Source of the DNA: Octopus sinensis
Taxonomy: Eukaryota
NCBI RefSeq assembly: GCF_006345805.1
Contig: NC_043003.1
Coordinates: 91,698,001 to 91,762,000, forward strand
Direction of reading: 5' to 3'
Length of the DNA stretch: 64,000 bases
The position numbers and the translations under genes were made by a program. Positions 1 through 13,902 of the stretch are shown here, piece after piece; within the stretch, counting starts at the first letter, position 1, and each line of letters starts with the position of its first letter. Under the pieces are notes generated by a model. The model did no database searches and had not been told where the DNA came from. It was given only the letters and a program-made list of their open reading frames with translations.

Positions 1-170
1 CTGAGATCGTGTGCTGGAACGAAAACAATTGCAGCGTGGAAGGTGTTTATAACTATTTAAGAAACACACAAAAACCGTTAGATTCACTTCAACATTTAAA
101 TTTAATCTGCCAAAATATTTTCGTCGCTTTGAGACTGCGACCTGTTCACTGACAAAATTCTGTGATGCAG
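1..170. mobile_element. Arm of a foldback/MITE-like repeat family (family F1), cut by window edge
   Basis: Near-identical to 14640-14810, 53235-53575 and 5090-5270 (CTGAGATCGTGTGCTGGAACGAAAACAATTGCAGCGTGGAAGGTG...). Confidence 0.8.
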
Positions 171-589
171 CACGGAATTTTGAAATAAATATTCATAATT
201 AGAAATAATTTATCATCTAAAACTGTGGGGAGAAAACTTGCTTCTTGTGCCTAACCAAGGAAATTAAATTACTAAAGACAAATTTCGAAATATTTACTCG
301 TAAGCAAATGGGAAATAATTCGTTAGTCTTTAAGAGTTATTTCCCTTTAAACGTTTCGCTTTGGTCACAAATTCTTTTGGCTGAGTAGTACAGGATGCTC
401 ATAAATTGCTTTTACAGTTTGAAAAATAAGGATAACGCAGCAGAATTTATTGGAAGACATAGATAAACAAATAACAGGTAAAACTAAGTGAATAAAATGA
501 TATTGCAAAATCCTGGTTTCTTTGGGGTACCCTTTCGTACACAAACACACACACACACACACCACACACACACACACGCATACATACGT

Positions 590-1727
590 AACACCTTCAA
601 AGTATTCTCCATTTGAAGTAATACATTAGTTCAGATACGTTTTCCAATGAAGCAGTCCAGGAACCCTTGTGGAGTGATGCCTTTTAACGCCTCCATCGTT
701 TTTCTTCACCAGTTCCACATCTGCAAAACGTTTTCCTTAAAGGACTTTTTCATTTGGGGAACCAAAAAAGAAAAAAAAATTCACAAGGAGCAAGATTGGG
801 TTAATAGGGAGGATGGATAAGTTAGGTTATGCCATTTTTGGTCAAAAACTGTCTCACACTCAGGGCAGTGTGTGTAGGTACATTGTCCTGATGAAACCAC
901 CACTCTCCACTTTGCCCCAGGTCGGGGTGTTTTTGTCTCATCATGTCTCTCAAATGCCTCAGAACTGTCAAGTAAAATGTCTGGCGAACAGTTTGACCAG
1001 GAGGAACAAATTCTCTGTGAACAAAGCATCATCTTCATATCAGACTTCACTTGACATGCTTTTTTGGGGTGTGATGACATCAAATGCTTCCATTGACTTG
1101 ATTGCTGCTTCGTAGCACCAGATTTTGTCACCAGTGATGACCTTTGAAAAAAGGGCTGGATCAACTTTCAACTGTTCTTTCAGTTCATGACACACATTCA
1201 GTCATGACTGCTGTTGAGCTTCCATGAGCTGCAACTCTTTTCATTCGCAACTCCTTGCTCATAATTCGCTGGCAGGAGCTCCAGGACACACCAGTCATAT
1301 CAACAAGTTCATCAATTGTTTGGCAACGGTCCTCCAAGATCAGTTCATAAATTTTTGTGCTGTTTTCATTCATTCAGGAGGTTGACAGTTGCCCTAAATG
1401 AGGTTGGTCGCCAAGTGACACGTGATCATTCCTAAAGCTGTTTGAGGCATAGCAACTGTTTCAGCCACTTTTTTTCCTGGCAGAAAACAGAATTTCATGG
1501 AAGCATACTGTTCCTTTGTTTCAGCCATCACAAAAATTGCCAAACAGGGGAGAAGCACTACAAAACAAAGATGCACCACGTGGCAGTATGACATTATTCA
1601 ATGATGACTGTCAGCAGACTGATGCCTGAAGGTCACATCAAGTGGCTTCTAGTGGTGGAAACCTGAACTACAACAGGCTTGTCCCACAGAGAACGTTTCC
1701 AGTTACTTTTGGTTCTTCCTTGTATAT
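590..1727 (-). pseudogene. Degraded mariner (D,D34D) transposase / DNA transposon
   Basis: Frameshifted translation gives MAETKEQYASMKFCF..., KELRMKRVAA, VITGDKIWCY, TKQQSSQWKH, FHQDNVPTH and HPPY*PNLAPCE. There are 34 residues between the 2nd and 3rd catalytic positions (the last is mutated to E). Multiple stops. Confidence 0.85.
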
Positions 1728-3679
1728 ATATATGTAAGTGCGAGTATGTGTGTATGTTTGCGTCTCCTTCTCTTTGTCTTGACACTGCATGATGTCAAGA
1801 CAAGGAGACACCACATGTTGTAAATGAGTTTCACTGTCATACAAGCAGTGTCATTCATTTCAAGTATTCTGTGGAAACATGCCTGGTCATGGGGTATATT
1901 ACCTTGCATAGAAACGGTTGAAAGCTGATGACAAGAATGGTATCCAACCATAGAAAATCTGACTCACAAAAGCATGGATAAGTGGACATTAAATGATGAT
2001 GCTGGTGATGATGGAGGTGATTGTGTTGTTAGGACATCACTGAAGATTTGAGCTTCTTGTAGTTTATCTAGAACCTCATCATGCCCCAACCTTTAGCAAA
2101 AAGAGGAATTGAATTCAATTCAGAAATCAAAACAAGAAAACCTCTTTAGTTGTTAGTGCTGGTGCTATTTATGGCAATAATTTGTTCTCTGCTTCTAGCA
2201 TCTATTTATGGCTGGGTGGATAATGCCATTTGGAAGCTATTGTTGTTGTTTCTATTGTTTTTGTTGTTTTTTTTTTTGTTAGTCACAGCTCAGCCATCCA
2301 TCATTGATCTGATCTATGACCAAAAAACGTTCCAGCTGTGACCATTGTCTCTTTCTTTCCTTCTCTTTTTATTTTCCAGAAATGATGATTGTGATGCTGA
2401 CTCTCATATCAGTTTTGTATGAGCATCAAGTTATTCAATTGACTGAATAACTGACTCATTGTATTAGCATATTAAGTAGTTGAATAGTCCACAGGTACAT
2501 GTATCTTTAATGCAATTCTCAGCTAAATCAACATGACACACAATGTGACATGGCAAGATTTTTGAATTACAAGTACAGGCCATTCAATGGATGACCGTAC
2601 TTAAAGGAGGAAACAGGAAAGTACCTCTATGTTCTTTCAGAAAATGCCATAACAAAAATGTAACAATAACATTGACTTGATGAAGACATGCAAAATATGG
2701 GAGTTCAGTTGGAAAAACAATGGTTGTAATTGTGACCAATGGAAGAAATAAATAAAGAAAGGAGTGTTATTTTCGAAAATCATGCATGATTTAATGAGTT
2801 GCTTGAAAACCATTGCCAGTATAGTGAATGGGGACAGCTTGGTCCACAATATCTGCAGATGTGGACATGTATCAAGAACTGGGTTCATTAGTTATCAGAC
2901 AAGTGTAAAATATAATTTTGTCTGGGTGCACCTTGATGGTTGGTAATGGTCTTCCTCGATCATGACTGGACAGCCATTATGTATGTATGTATGTTGACTT
3001 CCCAGACCCCGGTCGAACCGTCCAATCCATGCTAGCATGGAAAACAGACGTTAAACGATGATGATGATGATGTATGTATGTATGTATGTATATGTATACA
3101 TTCATGTATGTATGTATGTGTGTGTGTATGTCTGTATGTGTTTGTGTGTATGTACATGTATGTATGCGTGTATGTATGCATATATGTGGGTGTGTGTATG
3201 TAAATGTATGTATGTATGCCTATGTATGTGTGTGTACGTACATGTATATATATATGTATGTATGTATGTATGCATGCATGCATGTACATGAACTCCACTA
3301 AATTGGAGTTTAACAGTAATATGTGGTATCTAAAGTGCCACATGTTGCTGTGAAATTAAGCAATGGATTATGTCTTCCTCCAAAGTAGACCAGGGTAGGA
3401 TTTGTAGTCAAAGCAAAGAGCTGAGGCAAATATTTCAAAGCATGTATACATGTATGTATGCATACATGCATGCAAACATGCATGCATGTATGAATGAATG
3501 AATGAATGAATGAGAGAACAAAAAAAAGCATGAATTTGGTATTTTGTGTCTTTCATATCCACCACTATCATTTCAGCAATTGATAATCAAGATCAGTGAC
3601 TAATTACAAATTATGAATTACAACTTATATAAAATAATTTTGAGCACATCCATCAAGGACTGCTTCATGTGATGAAGAG

Positions 3680-3965
3680 TAACAAGAGGTGGATAGACAA
3701 GTGGGTCAGGGGTACTTGTATAATGGATTGAACCTGGGATAAACATTTGAAAGCAGCTCATGAATGGGATCACTCCAGAGGGACAATATTCTAGGGAAGA
3801 AGAAATGGATATAGAGGTTAGTGCAGAGTAAAGGGGTCAGGGTGGACATACCAAAGGTGATGAGAGATGGAGGGATGAATGGGCTAGGGGTGGTTGAGTG
3901 GTGGATTGAACCAGGAACCTCATGCCTGTGAAGTAAACTTCTTAACCACTTAGCCATGTGTGCCT
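3680..3965 (-). mobile_element. tRNA-derived SINE head fused to pyrimidine-rich RTE-type 3' UTR fragment
   Basis: A/B-box-like head at 3900-3965 (minus strand), followed by C/T-rich sequence resembling the UTRs at 17620-18200 and 34960-35480. Confidence 0.45.
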
Positions 3966-3999
3966 AGATAATGTTGCAGCATATAAGTAACACAGATTT

Positions 4000-4205
4000 C
4001 AAATTTTGGTGCAAGACCAGCACTATTAGGCAAGGGGAATAGTCAATTACATTGACCCCAGTACTCAACTGGTATTTATTTTATCATCCCTGGAAGATGA
4101 AAGGCAAAGTTCACCTCAGTAGAATTTGAACTCAAAATGTAAAGGACTGGAATAGATGCTGCTAAGCATTTTGCCCAATGCACTAATGATTCTGTCAGAT
4201 TGTCA
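4000..4205 (-). mobile_element. tRNA-derived SINE with Meta-like central domain
   Basis: Core TTTCATCYTTYCRGGGTYGATAAAATAARTACCAG is shared with 18660-18860, 40420-40630, 44800-45005 and 49918-50813. Confidence 0.7.
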
Positions 4206-4744
4206 CCTTGATAATGTATAAGAAATATAAATAAAATTTCTTCCTTTTTGCTATCAAGTTGATGAGTCATTGTTGGTGATTTGTGTTTTTTGCAATGGAA
4301 TCTGTGAATATAAAGAATACAAAGACCGTTTCCTGTTATCTCATTCAGGTATATTTTTACAAGACATCAATCATCTTGTCCTCTAAAACAGAGAAGTTTG
4401 TTAAGCTTTGCTGGGTATTAAGAGCATAAAGAACTGGAATCAATACTGTAAGATATTTTGTCCAACTCTAACAACTCTGTCAGTCTACTGCTTTCAACTG
4501 GTACTTTATTTTATCAATGCCATAAGAATGAAAGGTGAAGTTGGATTCAGACCATGGAGAGATGGAACGAATGCCATGAGATGCTTGCTGCTCTACTGAT
4601 TCTTCCATTGCAGTACCAGATTCTCTAGTGATTTCTCTTTTATAGGTGCAGGCATGGCCGTATCGTTAAGAAGTATGGCATCTTTGGCAAGTGCCTTCTA
4701 CTATAGCCCAGTGTTGACTAATGCCCTTTGAGTGAATTACAAAA

Positions 4745-4992
4745 GTGGAGGCACGTGGCTTAGTGGTTCGAGTGTTGGACTCATGATCATAAGATGGTGG
4801 TTTCGATTCCTGGACCAGGCGATGCATTGTGTTCTTGAGCAAAACACTTCATTTCACGTTGCTCCAGTTCACTCAGCTAGCAAAAATGAGTAATCTTGTG
4901 ACAGACCAGTGTCCTGTCCAGCTTGGGAATATATACACCATGGAAACCGGGAAACTGGCACTTATGAGTTGGTATGACTCAAGAAAAGGTAT
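4745..4992 (+). mobile_element. tRNA-derived SINE (second head family)
   Basis: A box TGGCTTAGTGG and B box GTTTCGATTCC. Related heads lie on the minus strand at 8830-9160, 10455-10760, 40890-41265 and 63300-63545. Confidence 0.7.
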
Positions 4993-5050
4993 CTTTACCT
5001 TTTTGTTTATTTTTGAGTGAGTTTGGTGGGGGAAAGCTGGGTGAAAGACC

Positions 5051-5089
<39 letters not shown>

Positions 5090-5503
5090 ATTGCAATGTG
5101 GAAGGTGTTTATAAGCCATTTAAGAAACACACAAAAACCGTTAGATTCACTTCAATATTTAAATTTTGTCAGTGAACAGGTCGCGGTCTCAAAGCGACGA
5201 AAATATTTTGGCAAATTAAATTTAAATGTTGAAGTGAATCTAATGGTTTTTGTGTGTTTCTTAAATGGCTTACTCTTTTACTTGTTTCAGTCATTTGACT
5301 GTGGCCATGCTGGAGCACTGCCTTTAGTCGAGCAAATCGACTCCAGGACTTATTCTTTGTAAGCCTAATACTTATTCTATCAGTCTCTTTTGCCGAACCG
5401 CTAGGTTACGGGGACAGAAATACACGAACATTGGTTGTCAAGCGATGTTGGGGCGGCAAACACAGACACACAAACGTATACACACACATACATATACATA
5501 TAC

Positions 5504-5543
<40 letters not shown>

Positions 5544-5775
5544 GACAGGCTTCTTTTGGTTTCCGTCTATCAAATTCACTCACAAAGCTTTGGTTGGCCT
5601 GAGGCTATAGTAGAAGACACTTGCCCAAGATGCCACACAGTGGGACTGAACCCAGAACCATGTGGTTGGTAAGCAAACTACTTACCATACAGCCACTCCT
5701 CATGCTGCAATTGTTTTCGTTCCAGCACATGATCTCAGATCAGGTCACTCACTATGCAAGTACATCTCCATAATA
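5090..5775. mobile_element. Foldback element F1 interrupted by a SINE
   Basis: Palindromic arms at 5090-5270 resume at 5700-5775 after the SINE insertion; embedded in (TA)n. Confidence 0.75.
5270..5699 (-). mobile_element. Full-length tRNA-derived CORE-type SINE (octopus OR-like)
   Basis: Head GGAGTGGCTGT...GGTTCAGTCCCAC, CORE-like ATCTTGGGCAAGTGT, internal TA/CA microsatellite, tail ending (AAAAGAGT)n. Confidence 0.85.
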
Positions 5776-6826
5776 TATATATATATATATCATCATCATT
5801 TAACGTCCGCTTTCCATGCTAGCATGATATATATATATATATATATAATATAATATATATGTATGTGAGTGACTGTGTGTAGTGTATGGTGTGTATGTAT
5901 GTGTGTGTGTCTGTGTCTGTGTGTTTGTACCTTACTGTTTGACAATTGGTGTTGGTTTGTTTACATCCCCATAACTTAACTGTACAGCAAAAGAGACTTA
6001 AAAAATAAGTAAAGGGGTTGATTTCTTTGACTAAACTCTTCAGATGGTGCCTCAGCATGGCCATAATCTAATGACTGAAACAGGTAAAAAAATAAAGTTA
6101 ATTAAAGACTTCATTATCTAATATACCACACTTTTAAAGATTGTTGGGTACGATGTGATCTGAAGGAGATTTGGCTGCTATTTTCATCTTGTCAAGAATC
6201 TAGATAGAGGCTCTCTCATTTGTTGTGCTGATGTGGATGGGGTTTGAATACAGGATGTATGCAGGGCCATAAAATAGTGTAGTAACAAACCCAAGAAGAC
6301 AGGGCTGGGTGTTGGGGGTGGAATGGCATCAAGAATATAAGATGGAAGTAGCACTGAAAGGATTTCAATGAGATCTAAGACAGTATCAAAGTCTTCTTTA
6401 ACCCATTTAAAAACAGGGAAACAAGGCATTATGACAATGATGACGATGATGATGGTGGTGGTGGTGATTGTGGTAATGGTTGTGGTGATGGTAGTGATGA
6501 GGATAATGATGATGATAGTGATGGTAATGGATACAGTGGGACTGTTTGTGGTGCCAGTGGTGGTAGTATTGGTGGTATTGGTGGTAGTAGCATCAGTGGT
6601 GGGAGATTGATGATGTTGATAGCTAGTTTATTCTTTCCCCATTTTATTCCTTGTTTGGTCACAGTTGACAATGTCATCATTCTTAAATGTTCATAATGTT
6701 GACAGTGTTGTTGACGGTGTTGTGAAGGGGATAATAAAGACAGGTTTGTCAAGTCAAGCCAGTCGTCATTCAAAGCACTTCAATAAAGACGGTGGTCTTG
6801 AAACCAGATAAACAACTTGTTGACAT

Positions 6827-6890
<64 letters not shown>

Positions 6891-7524
6891 ACACACGCAC
6901 ATGCATGCATGCACACATACACACTTACACACACAGTTTAAATCTTTCAGACTCTGGTAACATTTATTTGAGTTAACATGACTATAAATTTAAATAATTT
7001 TATTCAACCTTAAATATTCTTATTAAAATACAAGTTTTTTGACAAGTGTTTGTGTGTGTGTGTGTTGAAGAAAAATTGCACTATGTGTGTGTGTCTGCCA
7101 TATATTTAGCTCAAGTTTAACTGAAATGTAGTGACATTAGTAGCTATTGATCTCCCTAAAGTGACACATTTAACATATGCAATACAAGTACACAGTCAGA
7201 GTAAGCAGTCAATAGCTAGATGAAGAGATGAACATACACACAGACACACACACACACAAACATGTACACAAATCTACATTCCATCATCATCATATTTACA
7301 GTTTTAAATCTCCACTTTTCCATATTTGCATGGTTCAGACGAAATTTACTGAGGCAGATTTTCTATAACTGGATTCCCTTCCTTTCACCAACTCTCATCT
7401 GTTCCTGAGCAACGTAATATTTTCTCAGGGCCAGACACGTTTTTCATAGAAGATTGGATGTGAACGATGCTCATTAACAACCATTACATAATGTCCTGAT
7501 AAGGACTATGTATATACATTCTTA

Positions 7525-7898
7525 TATTCTTTTACATGTTTCAGTCATTTGATTGTGTCCATGCTGGAGCACCACCTTAAAGGGTTTTAGTCAAAGAAAT
7601 TGATCCCAGGACTTATGCCAAGTTATGGAGATGAAAACACACCAATACCAATTGTCAAGCAGAGGTGGGGGACAAACACAGACACACACACTCATGCATA
7701 TGCATACACATATGCATGCACACAAACACACACACACACACAGGGCTTCTTTCTGTTTCTGTCTACCAAATCCAGTTACAAGACTTTGGTCAGCCTGAGG
7801 CGATAGTAGAAGACACTTGCCCAAAGTGCCACACTGGGACTGAACCCAGAACCGTGTGGTTGGGAAGCAATCTTCTTGCTACACACCCACACCTGTGC

Positions 7899-7900
<2 letters not shown>
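7525..7900 (-). mobile_element. OR-like CORE SINE copy
   Basis: Same head, body and tail as 5270-5699; more diverged. Confidence 0.8.
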
Positions 7901-7938
<38 letters not shown>

Positions 7939-8029
7939 TTTAGTTGTCTACATTCCATTGAAAGAGGTTTGTTTCTGGGATGGAGACTGGTTCTTTGCTG
8001 ATGATGAATTCTAAAAATAAAACAAGGAC

Positions 8030-8445
8030 ACTCACACACATACACATGTACATAAATACACATATACACATTCATACAGACAGAAATATACACACAACAC
8101 ACACAGACATAACACACAGACATACATACATACAGTCATATACACATAACACACTCATACATACAAACATTCATACACACATACACTTATGCATAATACT
8201 TCCAAGCATACGTACATAAACTTATAGATGTACATGCACACACTCACACACAAACAATACATTCATACACACATGCATACACAGACATACTGGCATACAA
8301 ATCTTCACTTATATATATGCACACATACATACACAGTCACTCACACATACCTACCTCTCAACATACACACACACACACACACACATAAACACACATGCAC
8401 GCACTTCCTACATACCAATATACCTACATGCACACATATATACAC
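8030..8445. repeat. Degenerate (AC/AT) compound microsatellite
   Basis: Low-complexity CACA/TACA tract that generates spurious His/Thr-rich ORFs. Confidence 0.9.
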
Positions 8446-8829
8446 GTAAATGATTGTCCTGATGAGGAAAACACTTAATACCAAAGGCAATCCCTTGCAA
8501 AGATGCTTGCTGTGATAGCCCAAGCAAAGGATAAGAATTAATAATTCCACATCAGCAGGAGAAGGATATAGTCACGGCATATCTCAGTACACAACTAATC
8601 TACAACACTTTTGAAATGTTTACAACTCACTCTTACATTTTAAACTTTTATATCAGATTATTGCCAGAACTGAACAAGATAGCCAAACAAACATGGTAGA
8701 TGTTCAATGTTACAGAGAGGCAGAAGAGCCAATAATAGTTCAGTCCTACTGGGCAGCAGCTTGGGCAAGTATCTTCTACTCCACTCTAGCCTCAAGTTGA
8801 CCAATATCTTGTAAGTGAATTTGATAGAT

Positions 8830-9160
8830 TGAGACTAAGTGGAAGCCTGCTGTATATGTATATGTGATCACGTGACTGACCAGTCCATCAGATGTAGTTA
8901 CACATCGCTGGTCACAATGCGTTCGCATTGTTTTAGCCTTCGAATGACGCCACCCCGCTGGCTAAGGGAGCAGGCCAACAGAAGAAAGAGTGGGAGAAAG
9001 AGTGGTGAAAGAGTACAGCAGGGATCACACCACCCTGCCAGAGCCTCATGGAGCTTTTAGGTGTTTTCGCTCAATAAACAGTCACAACGCCCGGTCTGGG
9101 AATCGAAACCGCGACCGCGAGTCCGCTGCCCTAACCACTGGGCCATTGCGCCTCCACTTA
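8830..9160 (-). mobile_element. tRNA-derived SINE
   Basis: Minus-strand head GTGGAGGCGCAATGGCCCAGTGGTTAGGGC...GGTTTCGATTCCC. Confidence 0.7.
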
Positions 9161-9212
9161 TGTATATGTATATATATATATACATACATATATATATATA
9201 TATAATATATAT

Positions 9213-9765
9213 AAAACATTATTGGTGATTGAAGAAATGGAGCTGAACGCGATTGACAGAAATCGTTTTATTTCATTCTACAGTGTTCGAAAGGCACAAA
9301 TACCAAAATCCGATTGAATAATGGGACCATATTGTGTCTTTCTCTTCAGGAAGAAAAAGGAAATCCGTTGGAACACAAAAACAGAACAGAGGCGGAGCCA
9401 TGGGCTCTTAGGAGCACAGTTCGATTTGTTTTTTGCTCCGCCTCTGTTTGTTTTGTGTTTCCAACGGATTTCCTTTTTTCTTCCTGAGAGAAAGACACAA
9501 TATGGTCCCATTATTCAATCGGATTTGGTAATTTGTGCCTTTCGAAACACGTGTAGAATGAAATAAAACGATTTGTTCAATCTGCGTTCAGCTCCATTTC
9601 TTCATCACCAATAATGTTTTAATTTCAATTATCCGCCCAACGCACGGTTGCAACGCAGATGGTTGTATACCTCCAACACGTGTGCTTATGATGCTTTTGC
9701 TACTAAGGTATCGGTTAAACTTTGATTAATCTACTACAAGATTATTCATCTTTATATTTCACATA
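9213..9765. mobile_element. Foldback element (family F2) with ~185-bp inverted arms and a one-sided extension
   Basis: 9213-9395 is the reverse complement of ~9430-9620, with a ~40-bp spacer. Unique sequence 9620-9765 follows, and both sides are (TA)n. Confidence 0.8.
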
Positions 9766-9790
9766 ATATATAATATATATATAATATATA

Positions 9791-9821
<31 letters not shown>

Positions 9822-9823
9822 TA

Positions 9824-9855
<32 letters not shown>

Positions 9856-9976
9856 CTATTGTTGTTTAGCCAGCTGTATATCAACCTTGATTGAGCAGGC
9901 CTATGATTGTAGCACTCTGACCATGTGTAAACCTGTCATTTTTTTTAGTGGTATTTTGTATCATCCAATGTGCACT

Positions 9977-10384
9977 TTACTCTTTTACTCTTTTACTTGT
10001 TTCAGTCATTTGACTGCGGCCATGCTGGAGCACCGCCTTTACTCGAGCAACTCGACCCTGGGACTTATTCTTTGTAAGCCCAGTACTTATTCTATCGGTC
10101 TCTTTTGACGAACCGCTAAGTGACGGAGACATAAACACACCAGCATCGGTTGTCAAGCAATGCTAGGGGGACAAACACAGACACACAAACATACACGCAC
10201 ACATATATACATATATATATGACAGGCTTCTTTCAGTTTCCGTCTACCAAATCCACTCACAAGGCTTTGGTTGGCCCGAGGCTATAGTAGAAGACACTTG
10301 TCCAAGGTGCCATGCAGTGGGACTGAACCTGGAACCATATGGTTGGTAAGCAAGCTACTTACCACACAGCCACTCCTGCGCCTA
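9977..10384 (-). mobile_element. Full-length OR-like CORE SINE
   Basis: Complete head, microsatellite and tail. Confidence 0.85.
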
Positions 10385-10454
10385 TTTTTTTAGAATAATA
10401 GTTTGATTTGAATAAGATTTGGCTTCTAGTTTTAGCAGGGCAAGTGAGCATGTA

Positions 10455-10760
10455 GTTGCTCTTCATTGGCTTGTTCCTTCTCGAGCCATGCCTAGCTCAT
10501 AAGGGCCGGTTTCCTTGGCATATAGGTTCCCCACCTGGACAGGCGCCAGTCCGTCGCAGGTGAGCTGCAAGATGGAGGAGGAAAGAGTGAGAGAAAGTTG
10601 TGGCGAAAGAGTCAGCAGAAGTTCGCCATTACCTTCTGCCGGAGCCGCGTGGAGCTTAGGTGTTTTGCTCATAAACGCACACATCGCCCGCTCTGAGATT
10701 CGAAACTGCGATCCCTTGACTGTGAGTCCACTGCGCTAACCACTAGGCCATGTGCCTCCA
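10455..10760 (-). mobile_element. tRNA-derived SINE
   Basis: Head GTGGAGGCACATGGCCTAGTGGTTAGCGC...GTTTCGAATC on the minus strand. Confidence 0.7.
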
Positions 10761-11039
10761 CTCTACATTGGCTTCTCATATACTGTTTTGTAGACATTTT
10801 ATCTCTGAGGGGTAGGTAGTGACTCACTAAAACAAGACTTACAGAACAGAGAGAATCTGAATACCATCTGTCTTAATAAAGTTTATTTGAACATCATTTG
10901 TCTTAATCAAATTCATTGAACCTCATCTATCTTAATGATGTTTATTTGAGCATTTATCTTAAAGAAGTTTATAAAAATTCAGCAGCTTGCTTAGATAATT
11001 ACTGAGCTTGAATACTACAGTGCTATCTACAGGAAAAAT

Positions 11040-11320
11040 TGCCTTGGAATAAACATAGACAATGCTTCATTATTGAATGCAAACATACAGACATATTTAT
11101 CAACACAAGGAATACTGATGGAGCATTTGTTTGCATGATTCCACCAAGTCCAAATATAACAAAGTCCAAATATAGTTGTTTAAAAGAAACAAACAGAAAG
11201 AAGATATGTCATATTTTCAAATGTCATAGAAGTCAGGTGTCCTGCAGATATGAAAATTTCTTCCAAAATTACTTCCTAATGTCCTCCATCACCTATGGGA
11301 CCCCAGAATAGCAGAACTAG
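11040..11320 (+). pseudogene. Possible very old LINE RT fragment
   Basis: Interrupted translation includes KSGVLQ..LP.L, resembling the RT motif (S/T)GVxQGxxLSP. Confidence 0.3.
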
Positions 11321-12988
11321 CATGAGTTAATAAAGATCTGAAAGAGAGACACTATATATATCACAAACAGGTTTAAAGACTAACAAAGAAGCTTAAAAAC
11401 TGGAATAAATATTGATACAAACTTCAGCTATATGTAGCAACTTAACCTTGTTGTTATCATGTTTCAACTGAAATACATTGTATTTGAATTAATTTTGAAA
11501 ATAATGAAAAATTCAGTAAAATAATTTGTCATTATTAAGCTAAATTCTGGAGCTTAACATGATATTTTGGTGGAAAGTTTTCATTTAGATCACTTCTAAA
11601 ACAAAGAACCATAGACCCGGAGTATTCTCATGCAGGTTGGGATCAAAAGAAATAAAGCAGCAACATGGCTACCAACATCATCGTCATCATCATCGTAGTT
11701 GTTGTCGTCATCGTCGTAGTCGTTGTCGTCATCATCATCATCAGCAGCAGCAACAGCATTCACTGTCCATCTTTTATGCTGGCTTGGGTTTGATAAGTTG
11801 GAGGACTGCATCATGCATCAATATCTTCTTTCACTTGGTTTCAATGACTGGATGTGCCCTTCCTTTTACCAACCATTTCACAGAATGTTGCGTGTAACTT
11901 TTTTCATGGCATCAGCACTAGTGATAATGTAATTAATAGTTCATTGTATTCATTTCAAGTTTACATTTACACAAGCATTCAGTGCACACATACTTTACAC
12001 AAGAAAAAAAATATTTGTTTAGCACAAGAGTTTTGTGCAGACTGACTCATGAAAATTTTTAGGGACATACATAACTTGGTAACATGGAAGATTATCTTCA
12101 TGTAAATTCGGAAACTGAGAAAAATGCAGAGCCAAACCAGGGACATTAATAGGAAATGACAAGAGAATATCTTTAGGAAATATTTACCCTTGTTAAACAT
12201 GATATAATTGTTTTATGAATCCTGGAAACAATTTACAGTCATTTTTGTAGGCAAGCAAAGATTGAGTGAGTCAACAAAGGAGAGCTTTATGCAGTCAGGT
12301 GACCAGTAAGAAAAAAAAATTCTTCAAATTATAAGCCAGTTGTCTTAAAGAACACAAAGAACATGATTTTATTCTCTTTTGAGAGAGAATAAAATATCTA
12401 TGCTATGTCTAAAAAGAAAATGGCTTTCGTTATGGCTGTTATAACAAAGATAAGAATATGTAGTTATTTGAAAATAGTTGTCTGCTTGAAGCCAAAGTTT
12501 GGAAAAAAATAATGCAAGTGAAGTTTACTTTTATCTTCATAATGGTAATTGCTACAGTGAACCAATGTATGATAAATATTGGTTTTTGTTTTATTGGAAG
12601 TTGTTCCCAACGTGACAGCAAGCAAACTGCAATAAAACACGGATTTATGAAAGAAATGGAAAGGAAAAAATTTAATGAGAAGCTGTCCTAAGAATCATAA
12701 AATGGGCGACTCAGAATTTAAAAGAGTTAACATTGTATTTATCTGGGAAACAAGAAGAAAGTTTCTTCAGATAGATGTTTGAGGAAAGAAACTACAAGAA
12801 AGAACATTTCAGAAGGAGGACAATGAAAGAATGAGAATTAGCCAAAAGATGAGTCACTCAATTAGTAACCTTAAAGAGAGGAAAGTTTGGTAGAACAACG
12901 ACCATGGAAATATCTATAGAAGAGGAAGATGAAAGAGGAGTTGAAGTTTAACTGTCAAAAACAGAATCAAAAATGTCAGAAACTTGCT

Positions 12989-13172
12989 TTTAACCCTTTT
13001 GTTGCTATAATCCTATCGAAATATATTGTTTTGTATTCATTAATTTTGAAAATAATGAAGAATTTAGTCAAATAATTTCGTCATTCAGAACATAAATCGG
13101 CATAAAATTTTTATGGAATTTTGTATCATTGAACTAGTTTAGTCTCAGGTGTAGTAGTATAAAAAGGATTAA
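12989..13172. mobile_element. TTAA-flanked (piggyBac-like) MITE
   Basis: TTAACCCTTTTG...AAAAGGATTAA termini; body shared with 27534-28245, 37135-37330 and 58864-59083. Confidence 0.55.
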
Positions 13173-13868
13173 ACTCATTCAATGAGTGAAAGAACACCTG
13201 TAGAGACATTAGCCTTGATGGAACAACAGTATTCCATATAAGGACAAATAGGAGATTATTTATAAAGATTCTGCAGAAAAGTAGATGTTAACATTGTTAG
13301 TTTAATGAGCCAAGAGATTTTAATGAATTAAAATTACACATTTAAAGATGAGAAGCAATCATTATGTTAATAAAAGAAAGGTAAAGAAAGGTGGAGAGAC
13401 AACGCTAAAATTTAGCTTAATTAAACTAATTAAATATAAAATACAGTATCTGTGAAATATAATGGAGGAAATGGTCTTTATAGAAAGGTAAATAATTAAA
13501 TTGAGCTCCATATTTTCAATGGTAAATATGTGTAAAAGCTTCAAAATTTTCAAAGGGTAAGTGTTTGTGGAAAGGTCATTGATGCGTAGAACACACTTCT
13601 GTTGTCATTGTAAATTAATTCTCTCTGTTTTCTTTCTTTGAAATCTTGTTATTAGACAAGAAGGCTACTCCGGAGAAGGCAATATAAACTCGGCCTTGAA
13701 GAGAAAGGTGAATCTGCATTTATAATTTGAGATAAAGTGATAGATAAGCATAATAACAGAAAGATAGTCAACTAAGAATAGACAGGAAAATGCAGACAGG
13801 TATACAGAGAGAGAGGGGGGAGAGAGAGAAAGAGAGAGGGGGAGAGGGAGAGAAAGGGAGAGAGAGGT

Positions 13869-13902
<34 letters not shown>

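Noticed and set aside
330-400. GCGAAACGTT on the minus strand resembling a hammerhead 3' half
   Set aside because: No CUGANGA-like core or stem II upstream.
3032-3571. Cluster of overlapping 67-103-aa ORFs rich in Y/V/C/M/H/T
   Set aside because: Translations of TATG/CA microsatellites; the same applies to similar ORFs at 5.4, 8, 18.4, 22, 25.5, 42, 51.3, 56.2 and 62.2 kb.
6368-6773. Met/Val-rich and Pro/Ser-rich ORFs
   Set aside because: Degenerate (GAT/GGT)n microsatellite read in different frames.
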